The notes beneath the pieces are model-generated. The model was not told the origin of the DNA. It saw only the letters and a program-made list of their open reading frames with translations, and ran no database searches. 64,000 nt of DNA from Candidatus Aminicenantes bacterium (GTDB taxonomy: Bacteria; Acidobacteriota; Aminicenantia; Aminicenantales; JAFGBC01): positions 4,245,362 to 4,309,361 of the forward strand of contig OY969696.1 of NCBI GenBank assembly GCA_963702005.1, in the 5' to 3' direction. Below, piece after piece: positions 60,001 through 64,000 of the stretch. Each line of letters opens with the position of its first letter. Position 1 is the stretch's first letter. Both the position numbers and the translations under genes were made by a program.

Positions 60001-63000
60001 TGAGCCGGCCCGTGGTACCGCGACGTGTCGAGCTGGGGGAAGAGGACCGCCGGCTCCTCCATCTCATGGCCCGCAACACCTGGCGATACTTCGAGGCGTT
60101 CATGGGCTCCGAAGACCACGGCTTGCCCGCGGACAACTTCCAGGAGACGCCGGAACCCCGGACCTCCCACCGGACTTCGCCCACGAACATCGGCATGGGG
60201 CTGCTCGCCACCCTGGCCGCTCACGATTTCGGCTTCATCCGGACGGACGAGCTCGCCTCCAGGATCGACGCCACGCTGACCACGATGGAAGGCCTCGAAC
60301 GCTTCGACGGTCACCTGCTCAACTGGTACGACACGCAGAGCCTGGCGCCGCTCCCGCCGGCCTACGTATCCACCGTCGACAGCGGCAACCTCGCGGGCGC
60401 GCTCATGACCCTGGCGGAAGGGCTGCGCCAGGCGAGCCGGCTACCGCCGCCCGCGGCCGGGCCGGCAGTCGATCTCTCCCAACGCCTCCTTGACCTGGCG
60501 GGCCGCGCCGCCCGGTTCGCGGACGGGATGAGCTTCCGGTTCCTCTACGACCCGCAGCGCCGGATCCTCTCCATCGGCTATCGCCTCGCCGACGCCGAGG
60601 GGCCGGGCCGGCTGGATGCTTCCTACTACGACCTCCTGGCCTCGGAATCGCGGCTGACGAGTTTCATCGGCATCGCCAAGGGCGACCTCCCCGAAACGCA
60701 TTGGTTCCACCTGGGACGGCTCATCACCGGTGTCGACGGGACGCCCACCCTCCTGTCTTGGGGCGCCACCCTGTTCGAGTACTTGATGCCGCTCCTCTTC
60801 ATGAAGAGCTTTCCGGAAACACTCCTCGACCAGACGTGCCGGATGGCCGTGCGGCGGCAGATCGAGTATGCGAAGGATCGCGCCGTGCCCTGGGGGATCT
60901 CGGAATCCGCCTACAACCTCGTGGACCGGCACGACAACTATCAGTATAAGGCCTTCGGCATCCCCGGCCTCGGACTTAAGCGCGGCCTGGGCGACGAATT
61001 GGTGGTCGCTCCCTACGCCACCGCGCTCGCCGCCGGGCTCGAACCAACGGAGGCCGCCCGCAATCTGCGGCGCCTGGCCGGGGAAGGTCTCGAAGGCGCC
61101 TACGGCTACTATGAGGCTATCGATTACACGCATGGGAAGACCGAGGAGCCCGAAAGCGCCGGGAAAAGAGCGGGCCTCCGCCGGGGAACGGTGGTGCGAG
61201 CCTTCATGGCCCATCACCAGGGGATGACTCTCGTGTCCCTCGCCAACGCCCTCCTCGGCGATCCCATGGTGAAACGTTTTCATGCCGATCCGCGCGTACA
61301 GGCAACGGAGCTGCTGTTGCAGGAGCGGGTACCGCGCCTGGTGTCCATCACCCAGCCGCGACCGGTCGAAGAGACCCGCGTGACCGGCCCGCTGCCCGCC
61401 CTGGCCATTCGCCGCTTTCGGTCGCCGCATACGCCGTTCCCTCATGCGCAGTTCTTGTCCAACGGCAACTACACCGCCGTCGTGACGAACGCGGGCGGGG
61501 GCGCCAGCTTCTGTCGAGGCCGCGCGGTCACACGGCACCGGGAGGATCCGACCCGCGACCCGGGGAGCCAGTTCCTCTATCTGCGCGACGTGCGGAACGG
61601 CTCGGTGTGGTCGGCGACTTTCCACCCCACCGACAAGGAGCCGGAGGACTACCTGGTCTCGTTCCTCGCGGAGAAGGCGACCTTTCGCCTCCGCGACGAC
61701 GACATCGCCACCCAGCTCGACATCGCGGTCTCGAACGAGGACGACGTCGAGGTGCGGCGCCTGGCGGTGACCAACCACAGCGATCGTCCCCGCGAGATCG
61801 AGATCACGAGTTTTGCCGAGATCGTCCTCGCCCCGCCGGCCGACGACCTGGCCCACCCGGCCTTCGGCAAGTTGTTCGTCGAGACGGAATACCTTCCCGA
61901 GAGCGCCGCCCTCCTCTGCCATCGCCGAGCGCGCGCCCCGGACGAGCCGGGGGCGTGGGCGATTCACGTCCTAAGCCTCGAAGGACGGAAGCAGGGGCCG
62001 GTGGAATGGGAGACCGACCGCGCGCGCTTCCTGGGCCGCGGCCGCGGTCCCGAGAACCCCCAGGCCCTCGATGGACGCTCCCTGTCCGGCACGACCGGAT
62101 GCGTGCTCGACCCCGTCGTCAGCCTCCGGCAACGCATTCGCCTCGCGCCGGGCGGCTTCATGAGGCTGTCCTTCGCCACGGGGATGGCGCCCTCCCGGGA
62201 AACGGCCCTGGCTCTCGCCCAGCGCTACCACGAACCGAGCGCAGCGGCGCGAACCTTCGCCCTGGCCTTCGCTCATGCGCAGAGCGGCCTCCGCCACCTC
62301 GGCATCTCGAGCGAACAAGCCTTGCTTTTCGAACGCCTCGCCTCGCGGGTATTGTATGCCGACGGATCGCTCCGCGCGAGCCCGGAGCTTCTGGCCCGCA
62401 ACACCCTCGGCCAGGAAGGCCTCTGGCCGCACGGCATCTCGGGCGATCTCCCCATCCTCCTGGTGCGGGTCGTCGAGGAGGACGACCTGCCGCTGGTGCG
62501 TCAGGTCCTGCAGGCGCAGGAATACTGGCGGCTCAAGGGACTGAGCGCCGACGTCGTGATCCTCAACGAGCACCCGGTGAGCTATCTCGACGAGATGCAC
62601 GCCCTGCTCGTGGCCCTTCTCGACAATGGACCCTGGAGGACCTGGAAGCACCAGCCCGGGGGGACTTTCCTGCTCCGTGGGGACCGTATGGCCGAAGCCG
62701 AGCGCATCCTCCTCGTGGCCGTGGCCCGCGCCGTCCTGAGCGGCGAGCGGGGAGATCTGGCCAACCAGCTCGACCGGCCCGATCTCGAGTGGCCGGAGCC
62801 GGAGGAATTCGCGCCCTCCGCGGAGTTAAGCTCAGCCGCCGCGTCGCCGGCGCAGGTGGCCGTGCCCCCGCTCGCCCTGGCCAACGGCATGGGCGGCTTC
62901 GCCGACGACGGCCGGGACTACGTGGTCGTCCTTGAAGCGGGCCAGGAGACGCCCCTGCCCTGGGCCAACGTCATCGCCAACCCCGCGTTCGGGACGGTGG

Positions 63001-64000
63001 TCACGGCCTCAGGGTCGGCCTACACCTGGTCGGAGAACAGCCGCGAGAACCGCCTCACGCCTTTCGCGAACGACCCCGTGACCGACCCCACGGCCGAGGC
63101 GCTCTTCATCCGCGACGATGAGAACGGAGAGACCTGGTCCCCCACGCCGGGCCCGATGCCCCGCACGGGCGGGGACGGTCGCTTCGTCATTCGGCATTCC
63201 GCCGGGCTGACTCGTTTCGCTCGCGCAGCGCACGGCTTGCGCCAAGACCTCGAGATATTCGTAGACGCGAAGGACCCGGTGAAATTCTCGCTGCTCACGC
63301 TCAGGAACGAAAGCGGAAGGGCGCGTCGCCTGAGCGTGTTCGCCTACAACGAGTGGGTGCTGGGGCCGCCGTGGGCGGGCCAGGGCACGCACGTAGTGAC
63401 TGAGCACGACTCCGCGACCGGAGCGGTCCTGGCCAGGAATCCCTACAACCAAGAGTTCGCGGGGCGCGTGGCTTTCGCGCACGCGAGCGAAGGGCTGCGC
63501 TCGGCAACGGGAGATCGCTTGTCGTTCCTGGGTCGCAACGGTTCCCTGGCGCAACCGGCGGCGCTCCGCCGTGAAGCCCTGTCGGGCCGCTTCGGAGCGG
63601 GGCTCGATCCCTGCGCTGCGCTGCACGTCTCCGTCACTCTAATCCCGGGGGAGACGCGCCTCCTTGTGTTCTTGGTTGGGCAGGGGAAGGATGAGAACGA
63701 AGCCCGCGAGCTTCTGGGCCGGCACGGTCGCGTGGACGCCGCGGAAATCGCCCGGGAGGCCGTGCGCCGGAGCTGGGACGGCATCCTCGACACGGTCCAA
63801 GTCCGTACGCCGGACGACTCCTTCGACCTGTTGATGAACCGCTGGCTGCTCTATCAGAACGTGAGTTGCCGGCTATGGGCCCGGTCCGCTTATCACCAGC
63901 CGGGCGGCGCCTTTGGGTTCCGCGACCAGCTTCAGGACGTCATGGCTTTGACGCTGGCCCGGCCGGATCTCATCAGAGAACACCTGTTGCGAGCAGCCGG
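57054..64000 (+). CDS. ndvB: Cyclic beta-1,2-glucan synthase (Cgs/NdvB; GT84 plus GH94 phosphorylase domains), 3' truncated
   Basis: Apparently single open frame to the window end: [90 protein letters not shown]. Start is uncertain (TTG 57054, GTG 57042, or ATG 57007 with an indel). Confidence 0.92.
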   Translation, partial: MKALLRLFGSRTPHPAEKPLRDELLSIERLEERARALAARFTLDPNPRRAARNVLPRLEDNARVLREAYLTMADDVHRGEFVTPAAEWLLDNFHLVASEVLDVRRNLPPGYYRELPKLALRELAGHARVYALAEEIIRHSDSRLDRPQLVRFLNSFQAVAPLTIGELWAWPSMLKLALIENLRRLAEETLEAREAVRAADAYVARIDAAGHGKPPPLPKRLHTGYVLQLLQRLREYGPRLSAVRAAVDTHLSAQQMTSEDAIRSEHQRQAAAQVSMTNVITSLRLCSALDWSQYFEAVSLVERVLQRDPAGAYGSMDFLSRDRYRQAVEELSEPSGEAQLQVALRAVESARQAAESGQAADRDAHVGHYLIGKGRPELETDVAYRPRFSRRVRRFLFAHATAVYLGSIGLLTALLLGLGLAYLHDQRASLWVRAAAALLLLLPASEVAIAFVQRLSSRWAPPRRLPRLEFPAGIPDNARTMVVVPTLLASVPAVARLIEHIEVLALGNLDPRIHFAILSDFVDAPAREMPEDEAILSAARAGIDALNARFGEGHTDRFFLFHRVRQWNPGESVWMGWERKRGKLEEWNRLLRGATDTSFSVQVGDVGILPGVRYCLTLDSDTRLPRDAAKKLVGIIAHPLNRPRFDVRLGRVTEGYGILQPRVSVTMASAAGSLFARLYAGHTGVDPYTTAVSDTYQDLFGEGIFTGKGLYDVDAFMAALEGRVPENALLSHDLFEGVYARTALVTDVEVVDDYPASVLAHARRQHRWVRGDWQILRWLFPWVPTRSGLKRNRLPLISRWKIFDNLRRSLMPPSTVALLLLAWAILPGSPAVWTAAILAAMAFPLYPLLLEAAAGPRPQQPWPVFLRAAWKDGKTVLAQVSLQLTFLASQAYERTHAIVLTLVRLAATQRRLLEWETAAASEARGAGKARRTSALLFLVEMIASPLVATSGLLLVSLARPGALLTAIPVLALWAAAPLIAYALSRPVVPRRVELGEEDRRLLHLMARNTWRYFEAFMGSEDHGLPADNFQETPEPRTSHRTSPTNIGMGLLATLAAHDFGFIRTDELASRIDATLTTMEGLERFDGHLLNWYDTQSLAPLPPAYVSTVDSGNLAGALMTLAEGLRQASRLPPPAAGPAVDLSQRLLDLAGRAARFADGMSFRFLYDPQRRILSIGYRLADAEGPGRLDASYYDLLASESRLTSFIGIAKGDLPETHWFHLGRLITGVDGTPTLLSWGATLFEYLMPLLFMKSFPETLLDQTCRMAVRRQIEYAKDRAVPWGISESAYNLVDRHDNYQYKAFGIPGLGLKRGLGDELVVAPYATALAAGLEPTEAARNLRRLAGEGLEGAYGYYEAIDYTHGKTEEPESAGKRAGLRRGTVVRAFMAHHQGMTLVSLANALLGDPMVKRFHADPRVQATELLLQERVPRLVSITQPRPVEETRVTGPLPALAIRRFRSPHTPFPHAQFLSNGNYTAVVTNAGGGASFCRGRAVTRHREDPTRDPGSQFLYLRDVRNGSVWSATFHPTDKEPEDYLVSFLAEKATFRLRDDDIATQLDIAVSNEDDVEVRRLAVTNHSDRPREIEITSFAEIVLAPPADDLAHPAFGKLFVETEYLPESAALLCHRRARAPDEPGAWAIHVLSLEGRKQGPVEWETDRARFLGRGRGPENPQALDGRSLSGTTGCVLDPVVSLRQRIRLAPGGFMRLSFATGMAPSRETALALAQRYHEPSAAARTFALAFAHAQSGLRHLGISSEQALLFERLASRVLYADGSLRASPELLARNTLGQEGLWPHGISGDLPILLVRVVEEDDLPLVRQVLQAQEYWRLKGLSADVVILNEHPVSYLDEMHALLVALLDNGPWRTWKHQPGGTFLLRGDRMAEAERILLVAVARAVLSGERGDLANQLDRPDLEWPEPEEFAPSAELSSAAASPAQVAVPPLALANGMGGFADDGRDYVVVLEAGQETPLPWANVIANPAFGTVVTASGSAYTWSENSRENRLTPFANDPVTDPTAEALFIRDDENGETWSPTPGPMPRTGGDGRFVIRHSAGLTRFARAAHGLRQDLEIFVDAKDPVKFSLLTLRNESGRARRLSVFAYNEWVLGPPWAGQGTHVVTEHDSATGAVLARNPYNQEFAGRVAFAHASEGLRSATGDRLSFLGRNGSLAQPAALRREALSGRFGAGLDPCAALHVSVTLIPGETRLLVFLVGQGKDENEARELLGRHGRVDAAEIAREAVRRSWDGILDTVQVRTPDDSFDLLMNRWLLYQNVSCRLWARSAYHQPGGAFGFRDQLQDVMALTLARPDLIREHLLRAA

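Noticed and set aside
57030-60314. 1094-aa minus-strand ORF
   Set aside because: Antisense shadow of cgs caused by high GC3; no recognisable motifs.

Overview
High-GC bacterial chromosome segment. The gene content (Acidobacteria-type VWFA protein, ECF sigma/zf-HC2/secretin-N trio, DUF4388, many secreted proteases and glycosidases) suggests an Acidobacteriota/Ca. Aminicenantes-like anaerobe; this is inference. Core loci are ffh-rpsP-khpA-rimM-trmD-rplS-rnhB, accBC, miaA-hflX and fhs. Accessory loci include a carbohydrate cluster with two URO-D/MtaA-like proteins, several secreted cysteine proteases, iadA plus an NhaC-family transporter, and a >2300-aa cyclic beta-1,2-glucan synthase that runs off the right edge and is absent from the ORF track. 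I recognised no tRNA, rRNA, CRISPR array or transposase. The most notable unexplained signals are: a dispersed intergenic repeat family at three sites (one bounded by 16-bp inverted repeats); a ~210-nt strongly base-paired ncRNA candidate; an IS200/IS605-like twin-hairpin mini-element; an unannotated 28-aa membrane ORF before miaA; a eukaryote-type Fhs; several apparently leaderless genes; and three frameshifted genes that are probably sequencing indels.
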